The notes under the pieces were generated by a model. That model was not told where the DNA came from and did no database searches. It saw only the letters and a list, made by a program, of their open reading frames with translations. A stretch of DNA of 37,628 nt from Acidimicrobiia bacterium (GTDB taxonomy: Bacteria > Actinomycetota > Acidimicrobiia > IMCC26256 > PALSA-610). The stretch is from the NCBI GenBank assembly GCA_035996165.1, contig DASYJT010000037.1, positions 1-37,628 of the forward strand, given 5' to 3'. Both the position numbers and the translations under genes were made by a program. Positions 1 through 7,726 of the stretch are shown one piece after another; the first letter of the stretch is position 1; every line of letters starts with the position of its first letter.

Positions 1-147
1 GCCGAAGCGCCCGGTAGTGACGTGCGCCCGGGCATCGTCGAGCGCGGCCGGCGCGATGTCGTAACAGACGACCTCGTCGCCGGCGAGGGCGCACACCTGC
101 GCGATGCCTCCGCCCATCACACCCGCACCGAGGACGCCGAACTTCAC
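1..147 (-). CDS. 3-hydroxyacyl/3-hydroxybutyryl-CoA dehydrogenase, N-terminal fragment (gene runs off the window)
   Basis: Minus-strand translation from GTG at 145-147 gives VKFGVLGAGVMGGGIAQVCALAGDEVVCYDIAPAALDDARAHV. This is the GxGxMGxGIAQ Rossmann start typical of HBD/FadB-type dehydrogenases. The GTG overlaps the TGA of the upstream gene (GTGA at 144-147). Confidence 0.7.
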   Translation of the reverse strand, partial: MKFGVLGAGVMGGGIAQVCALAGDEVVCYDIAPAALDDARAHVTTGRFG

Positions 148-1349
148 GGCGTATCGGGAAGATCGATGCGGGCGAGCCAGAGGCCGGGCGCGACGAGCTC
201 GGCCTCCGTCGGCACCATCGACTCGGCGGACCACATCCGGTTCAGTTGGTCGAGCTTGCCGTCGCTGCGTTCCATCACGCCGCGACAGAACGCGACACCC
301 GTGTCGTAGTGGCCCCGATCGAGCTCGAGACCGAGCAGCCGATCGACGAATCCCGTCGCTTCGCCGCGCTCGAGACGATGGCGGCGCAGTGCCTCGTCGA
401 GCCGGCTGTGGGACGACACCATCCGCTCGCCGAGCGACTCGACGACAACATCGGTGTAGCCCTCGAGCACCGAGACGAAGCGTTGCAGCTCGGCGAGGAG
501 GGGACCCTGGCGTTCGGTCCGCATGGCGCCGAGCAGCAGGTCGGGATCGGTGAAGTTGGCGATCGCTTCCATCGACGAGAGGTCGGAGGGATCGAACCCG
601 CCGAGCTGGCTCTCCATCGCGTCGGCCTGCACCTCGTAGGCGCCGACGTACGCCGACGCGCACGTCTGCAACCGTGCGCGCACCCAAGGCACCGTTCGCT
701 GCGCACCGTGCACGACTTCTCGGAGCGCGAGCGCGTAGCGGAGCTCGTCGAGCGGCAACGACCATTCCTCCGCGAACGCGGCGACGTTGTGCGCGACGAA
801 CAAGAGTGTGGGCGCTCCGTCGAGGGGGAGGGGAAGGTCGTACTGCCCGAGCGCGCGGTGCGAGAGCCCGCCGATCATCGATCCGGCCCACACCCCGAGG
901 AGCAACGGCATCATCATCGAGAACAACATGTCGGGAGAGAACGCGCCCGCGGCCATCGGCGGCGCGCCGGGATCCGAATCGCTTCGACCGAGGGCGGCGG
1001 CGAGCGCGCCGAGCACCGGTTCGAGGCCGGTGAGCGTGACACTCGACCAGGTCGCCCGGTCGACGCTGCGCGCCGGGACGGTCAACGCGCCGGAGATGCC
1101 GGTGGCCTCCGTAACCATCAACTGCACGGCCCGGACGACGTCGTCGAACGCGCGCGCCGCGTCGGGCTCGATCGCGGGCTCGGTGCGCGGTTCGCCGGTC
1201 TCCGCGTCGACGTTCGCCATCGACTCGGCCGTCCGGCGCGCCACTTCCATGTTCACGGGCCCGGGCGACTGCAGCATCCGCATGATCTCGGAGAGATCGA
1301 GGTTGAACGGGTTCGGAAACCCGTCCCCCATTTGGGGAACGTCGCTCAC
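144..1349 (-). CDS. DUF2342/Zincin_2-family zinc-metalloprotease homologue (Rv3195-like); expected HExxH reads RExxH
   Basis: 401-aa ORF with high GC3. The family-like core is LALREVVHGAQRTVPWVR. It lies in the same neighbourhood as UPF0182 and PDZ-Lon genes, as in other actinobacteria (from memory). TAGACT (rc of 1356-1361) lies 6 nt upstream of the GTG start. Confidence 0.7.
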   Translation of the reverse strand: MSDVPQMGDGFPNPFNLDLSEIMRMLQSPGPVNMEVARRTAESMANVDAETGEPRTEPAIEPDAARAFDDVVRAVQLMVTEATGISGALTVPARSVDRATWSSVTLTGLEPVLGALAAALGRSDSDPGAPPMAAGAFSPDMLFSMMMPLLLGVWAGSMIGGLSHRALGQYDLPLPLDGAPTLLFVAHNVAAFAEEWSLPLDELRYALALREVVHGAQRTVPWVRARLQTCASAYVGAYEVQADAMESQLGGFDPSDLSSMEAIANFTDPDLLLGAMRTERQGPLLAELQRFVSVLEGYTDVVVESLGERMVSSHSRLDEALRRHRLERGEATGFVDRLLGLELDRGHYDTGVAFCRGVMERSDGKLDQLNRMWSAESMVPTEAELVAPGLWLARIDLPDTP

Positions 1350-1367
1350 TACGCCAGTCTATGGAGC

Positions 1368-2402
1368 ATGACCGATGAAATCGTCGTCGCGGTGACCGGC
1401 GTGTCCGGGTTCCTCGGGCAGCGGTTGTTGCCGTTGCTCGACGCCAGCCCGCACGTCGATCGGGTCGTCGGCCTCGACATCCGCGACCCGGCGCGCCGCG
1501 CTCGGAAGCTCGAATTTCACCGGGTCGACGTGCTCGGCGCCGACCTGGCGCCCTATTTGCGCGATGTCACCGCGATCGTCCACCTCGCGGCCGCGATCGG
1601 TCCCCTTCCCGACGGCGCGCTGTTCACCCGCGTCAATGTCGACGGCACTCGCCGCGTGCTCGAAGCGGCGACGTCCGCGGGCGTGAAGAAGATCGTGCGC
1701 CCGTCGAGCACCGCGGTCTACGGCGCCTGGGCCAACAATCCGGTGCCGATCACCGAGGACGCCCCGCTCCGGCCGAGCCCGACGTACCTTCCGGCCATCG
1801 TCGACGGCGAATGCGAACGCCTGCTCGCTCAGTGGGCGAGCGCGGCGCCCGGTCGGGTCGCGACCCGCCTGCGGATAGCGCCGATCGTCGGCGGCGGTGC
1901 GCACTCCTTGTTGACCGAGGTGGCAACGGGTCGCGCGCCCGTGCGGGTGAGGGGTGCGGCGCCGCCGGTGCAGGTCGTGCACGTCGACGACGCCGCCGCC
2001 GCGTTGGAGTTGACGACCTCCGTCGATCTCGACGGTGCGTACAACGTCGCGGCCGACGGCTGGCTTGCCTACGAAGAGGCGGGCGCCTTCCTCCCGGGCG
2101 GACGCATGCCCGCCGTGCCGCTCGCGCTCGCGACCCGGCTGCTGACCGTCAGCTGGGCGACCGGGCTCGGCGACGCGCCGCCCGCGCTGGTCCCGTACCT
2201 GGTGCACCCGTTCGTCGTCGCCAACGATCGCCTGAAGAGCGCGGGTTGGAAGCCGCGTCATTCCAACGACGAGGCGTTGCTCCTCGCGACCAGCGCGCGG
2301 GAACGCAACAACTTGGCGTTGCTCGCCGGTGCGGGCGCCGTCGGCGCGGGCACTGCGCTCGGCACCTGGTGGCTCACCCGGCGCCTCCGCCGCAGCCGGT
2401 AA
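1368..2402 (+). CDS. NAD-dependent epimerase/dehydratase-family (extended or atypical SDR) protein with C-terminal TM helix
   Basis: The real start is the internal ATG at 1368 of track ORF 246..2402, giving MTDEIVVAVTGVSGFLGQRLL (TGxxGxxG Rossmann). The upstream part of that ORF is antisense to the metalloprotease gene. The YxxxK position reads YLPAI, so it may be an atypical SDR. The C-terminus LALLAGAGAVGAGTALGTWWL is hydrophobic. Confidence 0.75.
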   Translation: MTDEIVVAVTGVSGFLGQRLLPLLDASPHVDRVVGLDIRDPARRARKLEFHRVDVLGADLAPYLRDVTAIVHLAAAIGPLPDGALFTRVNVDGTRRVLEAATSAGVKKIVRPSSTAVYGAWANNPVPITEDAPLRPSPTYLPAIVDGECERLLAQWASAAPGRVATRLRIAPIVGGGAHSLLTEVATGRAPVRVRGAAPPVQVVHVDDAAAALELTTSVDLDGAYNVAADGWLAYEEAGAFLPGGRMPAVPLALATRLLTVSWATGLGDAPPALVPYLVHPFVVANDRLKSAGWKPRHSNDEALLLATSARERNNLALLAGAGAVGAGTALGTWWLTRRLRRSR

Positions 2403-2414
2403 CCCTCGGCTGGG

Positions 2415-3479
2415 CTAGCCGACGAGTGGCAGTGCGTGCTTCGCGTGCCAGCTGTCCCACTCGGGGGTGAAGTACTCGAGGCGGACCTTCTTGTACTCCT
2501 TCACCGACCACAACAGGCAGTACTCGTCGACGCCGGTCTCGGTGCGGATTGCGTCGATCGTCTCTTCGCAGTCGCGCGCGCTGCGTCCGTGCACCATCGT
2601 GAAGACGCTGTAGGGCCAGTCGTCGTAGGTCGGGCGCCGGTAACAGTGCGACACGGCCGCAAAGCCGGCCATCTGCGGACCGATCTCGTCGAGCCGATCC
2701 TCCGGCACCGCCCACACGCCCATCGCGTTCGCCTTGAACCCGGCGCTTCGGTGGTTCATGACCGCCGCGAAGCGGCGCATGAGCTTGCGCTCCTTGAGTG
2801 AGCGCAGGACAGCCAGGACGTCGTCCTCGGTCGCGCCCATCCCGATCTGCTCCGCGTACACCGCGAACGGGCGCTCGACGTTGGCGAGGTCGTGCTGCAC
2901 GACGCGGATGGTCGCGTGCTCGAGTTCCGAAAGGTCGGGCGCCGGCATTTCCGCCTTGCGCTCCGGGCGTTCGTGCTCGAGGACCTCGACCTTCGCGTTC
3001 GCCGCGGTCTGGCCGGTCATGTCGAGCTTCACGCCGATCTTGTAGAGCGTGATGGTCGGCAGCGTGCGCGTCACGCTTGCGCCGGACTCGCGATGGAGGA
3101 TGTCGATGTGTTCGGAGAGTGAGTCGCCGGGCGGTACCGCGACGGTGTACCAGAGGTTGTAGTCGTGGTTGCGCTTGTAGTTGTGGCTCACTCCGGGGTG
3201 CTCGCTGATCGCAGCGGCCGCTTCGTCGATGGTCTCGGGATCGATCTTGGCCGCGACCAACGCCGACGAATACCCAAGGGCGCGCGTGTCGAAGATCGCC
3301 GAGAGCTGGCGGAGCACGCCGCTCTCCTTCACCTTGGCCACGCGGGCGCGCACGGTGGGCTCGTCGACCCCGAGGCGCTCGGCGAGGACGGCGAAGGGCC
3401 GGGCCTCGAGCGGAAAGTCCCACTGGACCGCGTTCAGCAGCTCGCGGTCGAGATCGTCCAACGCGTCTGCCTCTGTCAC
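2415..3479 (-). CDS. Siroheme decarboxylase-like protein, fused two-module AhbA/AhbB (NirD/L/G/H) type with Lrp/AsnC-like wHTH
   Basis: 354 aa with two tandem modules. Each has an HTH-like N-part and the family motif (HPGVSHNYKRNHDYNLWYTVAV and AAVSHCYRRPTYDDWPYSVFTMVHG). GTG start with GAGGGAG 8 nt upstream. Confidence 0.75.
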   Translation of the reverse strand: MTEADALDDLDRELLNAVQWDFPLEARPFAVLAERLGVDEPTVRARVAKVKESGVLRQLSAIFDTRALGYSSALVAAKIDPETIDEAAAAISEHPGVSHNYKRNHDYNLWYTVAVPPGDSLSEHIDILHRESGASVTRTLPTITLYKIGVKLDMTGQTAANAKVEVLEHERPERKAEMPAPDLSELEHATIRVVQHDLANVERPFAVYAEQIGMGATEDDVLAVLRSLKERKLMRRFAAVMNHRSAGFKANAMGVWAVPEDRLDEIGPQMAGFAAVSHCYRRPTYDDWPYSVFTMVHGRSARDCEETIDAIRTETGVDEYCLLWSVKEYKKVRLEYFTPEWDSWHAKHALPLVG

Positions 3480-3499
3480 CGGAACCGCTCCCTCACGTG

Positions 3500-3558
3500 C
3501 AAAACCTGAATGGGCAAACCTGAATGGTCAATCAACCAGTGGGCGATCAACGAGTGGA
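3500..3558. repeat. Two adjacent pairs of tandem direct repeats in the AT-richer region upstream of the siroheme-decarboxylase-like gene
   Basis: AAACCTGAATGG occurs at 3502-3513 and 3516-3527. It is followed by CAATCAACCAGTGGG (3529-3543) and CGATCAACGAGTGGA (3544-3558). Confidence 0.6.
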
Positions 3559-3609
3559 GTCGTCGCCCCCCATGCTCGCGCGTTGGGTCCACCCCCTTCG
3601 ACTCAGGGG

Positions 3610-4848
3610 TCATCCCGAGGTCGCGCCCAGCTGGACGCGCACGTCGAGGGTCCGTTGGCCCCGCCGCAGGGCCATGACCACCGTCCGGCCGGGTGCGAAC
3701 CCTTGCACGAGCGCCGTGACGTCACCGATCGACTCGACTGCTCGTCCGTCGATCGACTGCACGAGATCGTGCATGTGCGCACCCGCGCGCGCGGCCGGCG
3801 CGTCGGCCTTCATCGTCGCGATCATCGGGCCGAGCGGCGTGTCGACGCCGCCGATGCCCAACGCTCCGTGCGTCGCCACTCCGGTCGCGTCGAGCTGGCG
3901 CGCGACGGCGACCGCGACGTCGATCGAGACGGCGTACGTCGTCGAGCTCCCGTTGACGTGACCGAGGACGATGCCCGCAACCGATCCGGACGCGTTCACG
4001 AGTGCACCCCCGACGACGGAGGAGTTGCTCGCGGCGTCGGTTTCGAGCAGGCCGCCGGTCGTCGGCCCGATATCGCTGGCCACCAGCGCGTCGTTGGACG
4101 AAGCCATACCGCTGCTCATCCACGGTGACTTCGTGCCGGGTGAGGGTGCACCGAGCAGCCAGACCGACGAGCCCGTGGAGGGTGGATTGTCGGCGAGCTG
4201 GGCGGCCGGGAGATCAGCCGCGCCCTGGAGGTCGAGGAGAACGAGGTTCGTCACGCGGTCGCGTCCGACGACTTTGGCATCGTGGCGGCGACCGTCGGAC
4301 GTGACGACCTGCACCGAGGTCGAGCTCCCGACGAGGCGCGTGCTGGTGAGGAGCTGCGTGCCGTGGCGCACGCACACACCCGAGCCGCGGCGCGTTCCCT
4401 GAGCATCGCGTGCATAGACGGCGACAACTGAAGGTCCGAGACGGGCGAGCGTGTCGGCGGCGGTCGGGGTGCGGGCTGTCGTCAGGGCGGTGGCGAGAAC
4501 GCCGAGGTCTTCCGACGGCGACGAGGAACGATCGAACGAACCGGTCACTGCGAGGACCGCGACGGTCAGCAACGCGCCCGCCGCGCCCGCGAGGAGCGGG
4601 GCGACCCAGAGCAACGTGCGCCGGCGGCCGGACCCGCTTCCCGGCCCGGTGGTGGTGGACGCCGGCGCGAAGGCGGCGCTCAGTGAGGAGAGCTCGGTGG
4701 GATGCAGCCACACCCGGTCGAGGGGGTCGGGGAGCGGGCTTCGGACGCCGGAATCGTGCTCGTCGTCGGGCTCGTCGGAATGGTCGTCTCCGGTCCCCTC
4801 GGAGTGTCCGTCGAGGGGGTCGTCGTCGTGGCGGTTGCCTGGCCCCAT
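3610..4848 (-). CDS. Membrane-anchored HtrA/S1C-like protein with C-terminal PDZ domain; catalytic triad apparently substituted (pseudoprotease)
   Basis: The track ORF is 3610..5040. I prefer the internal ATG at 4846-4848 (MGPGNRHDDD) because the longer form would overlap moaE by ~110 nt and TACACT lies 9 nt upstream of this ATG. The protein has an acidic N-tail, a TM helix (LLWVAPLLAGAAGALLTVAVLAV), a trypsin-like core and a PDZ (GALGIGG..GRTVVMALRRG). Confidence 0.7.
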   Translation of the reverse strand: MGPGNRHDDDPLDGHSEGTGDDHSDEPDDEHDSGVRSPLPDPLDRVWLHPTELSSLSAAFAPASTTTGPGSGSGRRRTLLWVAPLLAGAAGALLTVAVLAVTGSFDRSSSPSEDLGVLATALTTARTPTAADTLARLGPSVVAVYARDAQGTRRGSGVCVRHGTQLLTSTRLVGSSTSVQVVTSDGRRHDAKVVGRDRVTNLVLLDLQGAADLPAAQLADNPPSTGSSVWLLGAPSPGTKSPWMSSGMASSNDALVASDIGPTTGGLLETDAASNSSVVGGALVNASGSVAGIVLGHVNGSSTTYAVSIDVAVAVARQLDATGVATHGALGIGGVDTPLGPMIATMKADAPAARAGAHMHDLVQSIDGRAVESIGDVTALVQGFAPGRTVVMALRRGQRTLDVRVQLGATSG

Positions 4849-4930
4849 CGCCGAGCGAGTGTACCGACGCCCTTGCCGGGCGCGACCGCGGGCAGGCGTG
4901 CGACCAGGGACGTTCCGTAGACTGACGGCC

Positions 4931-5419
4931 GTGCTCCGGCCCTCCGACGCGCGCGACTGGGTCGCGCTCACCGACGAACCCTTGCCCACCTCCGCCGCGA
5001 TGGAGTGGGCAACCGTCGCGTCGGCCGGCGCGGTCGTCACCTTCGCGGGCGTCGTGCGTGATCACGCCGAGGGTCGTCCCGGAGTCGTCGCGATGACCTA
5101 CGAGGCCTACGAAGGCCCGGCCGTCCGCGCTCTGACCGACATCGCGGCCGAGATCCGCGGGCGCTGGCCGGCGGTGGCGCGCATCGCGCTGCTCCACCGC
5201 GTCGGCGAGCTGCAGCTCTCCGAGACCTCGGTCGTCGTCGTGATCTCGGCGCCGCACCGGGGTGTCGCGTTCGAAGCGGCCGAGTTCGCGATCGACACTC
5301 TGAAGGAGTCGGTCCCGATCTGGAAGCAGGAGCACTGGACGGGCGGTTCCGACTGGGCTGTCGAGCAGCACGAGATCCGTCCCGCGAGCCGTGCCGCCAC
5401 CGTCACTTCGGAGCGTTGA
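4931..5419 (+). CDS. moaE: Molybdopterin synthase catalytic subunit MoaE
   Basis: The C-terminal 162 aa of track ORF 4451..5419 match MoaE (VVTFAGVVRDHAEGR..VVVVISAPHRGVAFEAAEFAIDTLKESVPIWKQE). The GTG at 4931 is preceded by TAGACT (4918-4923) with a 7-nt gap. Confidence 0.85.
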   Translation: MLRPSDARDWVALTDEPLPTSAAMEWATVASAGAVVTFAGVVRDHAEGRPGVVAMTYEAYEGPAVRALTDIAAEIRGRWPAVARIALLHRVGELQLSETSVVVVISAPHRGVAFEAAEFAIDTLKESVPIWKQEHWTGGSDWAVEQHEIRPASRAATVTSER

Positions 5420-5587
5420 GTGGGATTCCTGCTGATCGCAGTCATCGGCAGCATCGTCGGCATCTCCATCGTCTTGCTCCGCAACCGGCGCCCGAACTCG
5501 ATGGAGCACAGCATCGACGAGTTCGAACGCAATCTGCGCGCACTCGCGCCCGAACCGCCGTCGCGCCGCACGCGGCGGTCGGAGTGA
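5420..5587 (+). CDS. Small membrane protein (55 aa), hypothetical
   Basis: Not in the track (<60 aa). GTG at 5420 starts right after the moaE stop, with CGGAG 6 nt upstream. Translation is VGFLLIAVIGSIVGISIVLLRNRRPNSMEHSIDEFERNLRALAPEPPSRRTRRSE, one TM helix plus a charged tail, with high GC3. Confidence 0.45.
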   Translation: MGFLLIAVIGSIVGISIVLLRNRRPNSMEHSIDEFERNLRALAPEPPSRRTRRSE

Positions 5588-5600
5588 GAGGCGAGTCGAG

Positions 5601-6596
5601 CTGCCGCGCGACCTCGCCATCGACCTCGGTACGGCCAACACCCTTGTATACGCGCGCGGCAACGGCATCATCCTCAACGAGCCGACCGTAATTGCGCTGA
5701 ACAGCCGCACCCAGGACGTGCTCGCAATGGGGCACGAGGCGTGGCAGATGATCGGGCGCACGCCGGGTTACATCGTCGCCGTTCGCCCGTTGCGCGGTGG
5801 GGCGATTACCGACTTCGACATCACGCAGCGAATGATTCGCCTGTTGTTCCAACGCGCCGGTGTCAACCGCATGTCGCGGGCTCGGGTGTTGATCTGCGTT
5901 CCGTCGGCGATCACCCACGTGGAAAAGCGCGCGGTGCTCGAGGCGGCCCGCCGCGCCGGCTCCGCGCAGACGCATCTCCTCGAACAGCCCATGGCGGCGG
6001 CGATCGGCGCGGGCCTGCCGATCCACGAGCCGATGGGGAACATGGTCATCGACATCGGTGGCGGCACCACCGAGATCGCGGTGATCTCGCTCGGCGGCAT
6101 CGTCGCGTTGGAAGCACTGCGCGTCGGATCCTTCGACCTGGACGCCGCGATACAGGCGTTCGTACGACGCGAGTACGGCATCGCGATCGGAGAGCGCACC
6201 GCCGAAGAGATCAAGCTCGCCATCGGATCCGCGTACGCGGTCGACGACGAGTTCAAGGCCGAAGTACGCGGGCGCGACCTCATGTCGGGGCTTCCGAAGA
6301 CGATCATGCTCGTGCCCGAAGAGGTGCGCAGCGCGATCGAGGAACAACTCCGCGCGATTTGCGACGCCGTGATCGCGTGCCTCGCGCGCACGCCGCCCGA
6401 GCTCGCGCAGGACCTCATCTTGAACGGCGTCCACCTCGTCGGAGGCGGCGGCATGTTGCGCGGCCTCGACCGACGCATCAGCGAAGAGACGGATCTCCCG
6501 GTTCATCTCGTCGATGCGCCCCTCGAATGTGTCGTGCTCGGGGCGGGCCGTTGCCTCGAGAGCTTCGACAGCCTCCGCGACCTGTTCATGGAGTGA
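5601..6596 (+). CDS. mreB: Rod-shape/actin-like protein MreB (start codon uncertain, probably CTG at 5601)
   Basis: Track ORF 5718..6596 is clearly MreB (MVIDIGGGTTEIAVISLGG, LVGGGGMLRGLD). The conserved N-terminal phosphate-1 motif RDLAIDLGTANTLVYARG is encoded in frame upstream of 5718. Confidence 0.85.
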   Translation: MPRDLAIDLGTANTLVYARGNGIILNEPTVIALNSRTQDVLAMGHEAWQMIGRTPGYIVAVRPLRGGAITDFDITQRMIRLLFQRAGVNRMSRARVLICVPSAITHVEKRAVLEAARRAGSAQTHLLEQPMAAAIGAGLPIHEPMGNMVIDIGGGTTEIAVISLGGIVALEALRVGSFDLDAAIQAFVRREYGIAIGERTAEEIKLAIGSAYAVDDEFKAEVRGRDLMSGLPKTIMLVPEEVRSAIEEQLRAICDAVIACLARTPPELAQDLILNGVHLVGGGGMLRGLDRRISEETDLPVHLVDAPLECVVLGAGRCLESFDSLRDLFME

Positions 6597-6602
6597 TGCG
6601 CC

Positions 6603-7232
6603 CTACGGCGTGACGTTCACCAGGTCTTCGGCCGCCTGCCGGACCTGCCAATCGGGATCTGTGAGCGCGCGCTGGAGGCGCGCCTCGACCTCGTCGCCAT
6701 CGAACGCGGCCAGCGCGAGCACCGCGCGGCGGCGGATCGCGGGCTTGTCGTCGCACGCGGCGAGCACGGCGGCCAGCGTCGTGGGATCGCCCTGTGCGCC
6801 CAACGCCGCCACCGCGGCTTCGCGTACAAGCGGGTCGGTGTGCGCGCTCGCGGTTCGTACCAATGCCGCGATCGCCGCGCGCGTTGCGTTCGGGTGCTCG
6901 CCGATCGCGTAGGCGGCGGCTTCCGCGACCCACGCGTCGGCGTCGGTCAACAACTCGACGAGGACCACACACGGTGCCGCGCGCCCGAGCTTGGGTGCGA
7001 CCTCGGCGGAGCGGCGGCGTACGAGCGGGTCTGTGTCGTGCGCCGTGCGACGCCAGACCGGTGTGCTGAGACGCCGCGGCGCGGTCCGGACGAGGGCCGC
7101 GATGGCAACCGCGCGCACAGTCGCGCTCGGGTCGTCGACCGCCCGCGCGCCGAGCTCCCGCGCGTCTCGCTCGACGGCGACCGCCGCCGCCCGGGCGTTC
7201 GTGTCCACGGCCGCGACCTCGTTCGTGTCCAC
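6603..7232 (-). CDS. HEAT-repeat (PBS-lyase HEAT-like) protein
   Basis: 209 aa of repeated DPxxxVRxAAxxAL units (DDPSATVRAVAIAAL, DTDPLVRRRSAE, HTDPLVREAAVAALG, DPDWQVRQAAE). Confidence 0.7.
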   Translation of the reverse strand: MDTNEVAAVDTNARAAAVAVERDARELGARAVDDPSATVRAVAIAALVRTAPRRLSTPVWRRTAHDTDPLVRRRSAEVAPKLGRAAPCVVLVELLTDADAWVAEAAAYAIGEHPNATRAAIAALVRTASAHTDPLVREAAVAALGAQGDPTTLAAVLAACDDKPAIRRRAVLALAAFDGDEVEARLQRALTDPDWQVRQAAEDLVNVTP

Positions 7233-7445
7233 GGCCTCGACCTTATGTGCGCGATGTAAGCGGCTATCGCCCCGATTCCCTACAGCGGTGGCGGTCGGCT
7301 GCCGATCCAGTCCTGACGGACCGGTCGGCCCGGGCGGACTTTCGCCGGCCGATCGTCTCAGTAGGGCTCCGGGGTTGGTGTCGAGGACGGGGCGACACCG
7401 GCCCTGCAGCTCGGCGTCTGCTGCTGCGGCGCCTCCCGGCGAACC

Positions 7446-7655
7446 TCAGCCTCCGAGGTTGGAGGCCAGCACCATGACTCCGATCCCGACGGATCCGATC
7501 ATGAGGGCGGCGCCCAAGGCGGTGACCGACATCAGGGCGGCGATCCGCGCCAATGTCGAGGTCAAGTTGGGCTCCGGCGCCGCCTGGAGCGGAGCGGAGG
7601 GCCGCCGCGTCCTGGGCGTCGCAGTCGGCGTGGCAATCTGTTGAGCGATGGACAC
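7446..7655 (-). CDS. Small membrane protein (69 aa), hypothetical
   Basis: GTG start with GAGGAG 7 nt upstream. C-terminal TM helix AALMSVTALGAALMIGSVGIGVMVLA. The stop lies within overlapping GC-rich inverted repeats (AACCTC/GAGGTT and GCCTCC/GGAGGC). Confidence 0.5.
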   Translation of the reverse strand: MSIAQQIATPTATPRTRRPSAPLQAAPEPNLTSTLARIAALMSVTALGAALMIGSVGIGVMVLASNLGG

Positions 7656-7726
7656 GTCGCAACTCCTCGGTCTGGCGCGTGTTTCTTCCTGTCTTCGGTC
7701 GGCGCGCGGCGCTCAGAGCTGAAGGA

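Noticed and set aside
246-1367. N-terminal 374 codons of track ORF 246..2402 (718 aa).
   Set aside because: This part is antisense to the metalloprotease-family gene and Arg/Glu/His-rich. The SDR Rossmann motif begins right after the internal ATG at 1368.
4849-5040. Longer N-terminus (start at 5040) for the HtrA-like gene.
   Set aside because: It would overlap moaE by ~110 nt on the opposite strand. The internal ATG at 4848 leaves an 82-bp divergent promoter region with -10-like hexamers for both genes. It is kept only as an alternative.
5420-5620. Possible +1 frameshift fusing the 55-aa TM ORF to mreB.
   Set aside because: There is no slippery or prfB-like context at GAG-TGA-G. A CTG start with an upstream purine tract, or an assembly indel, is a simpler explanation.
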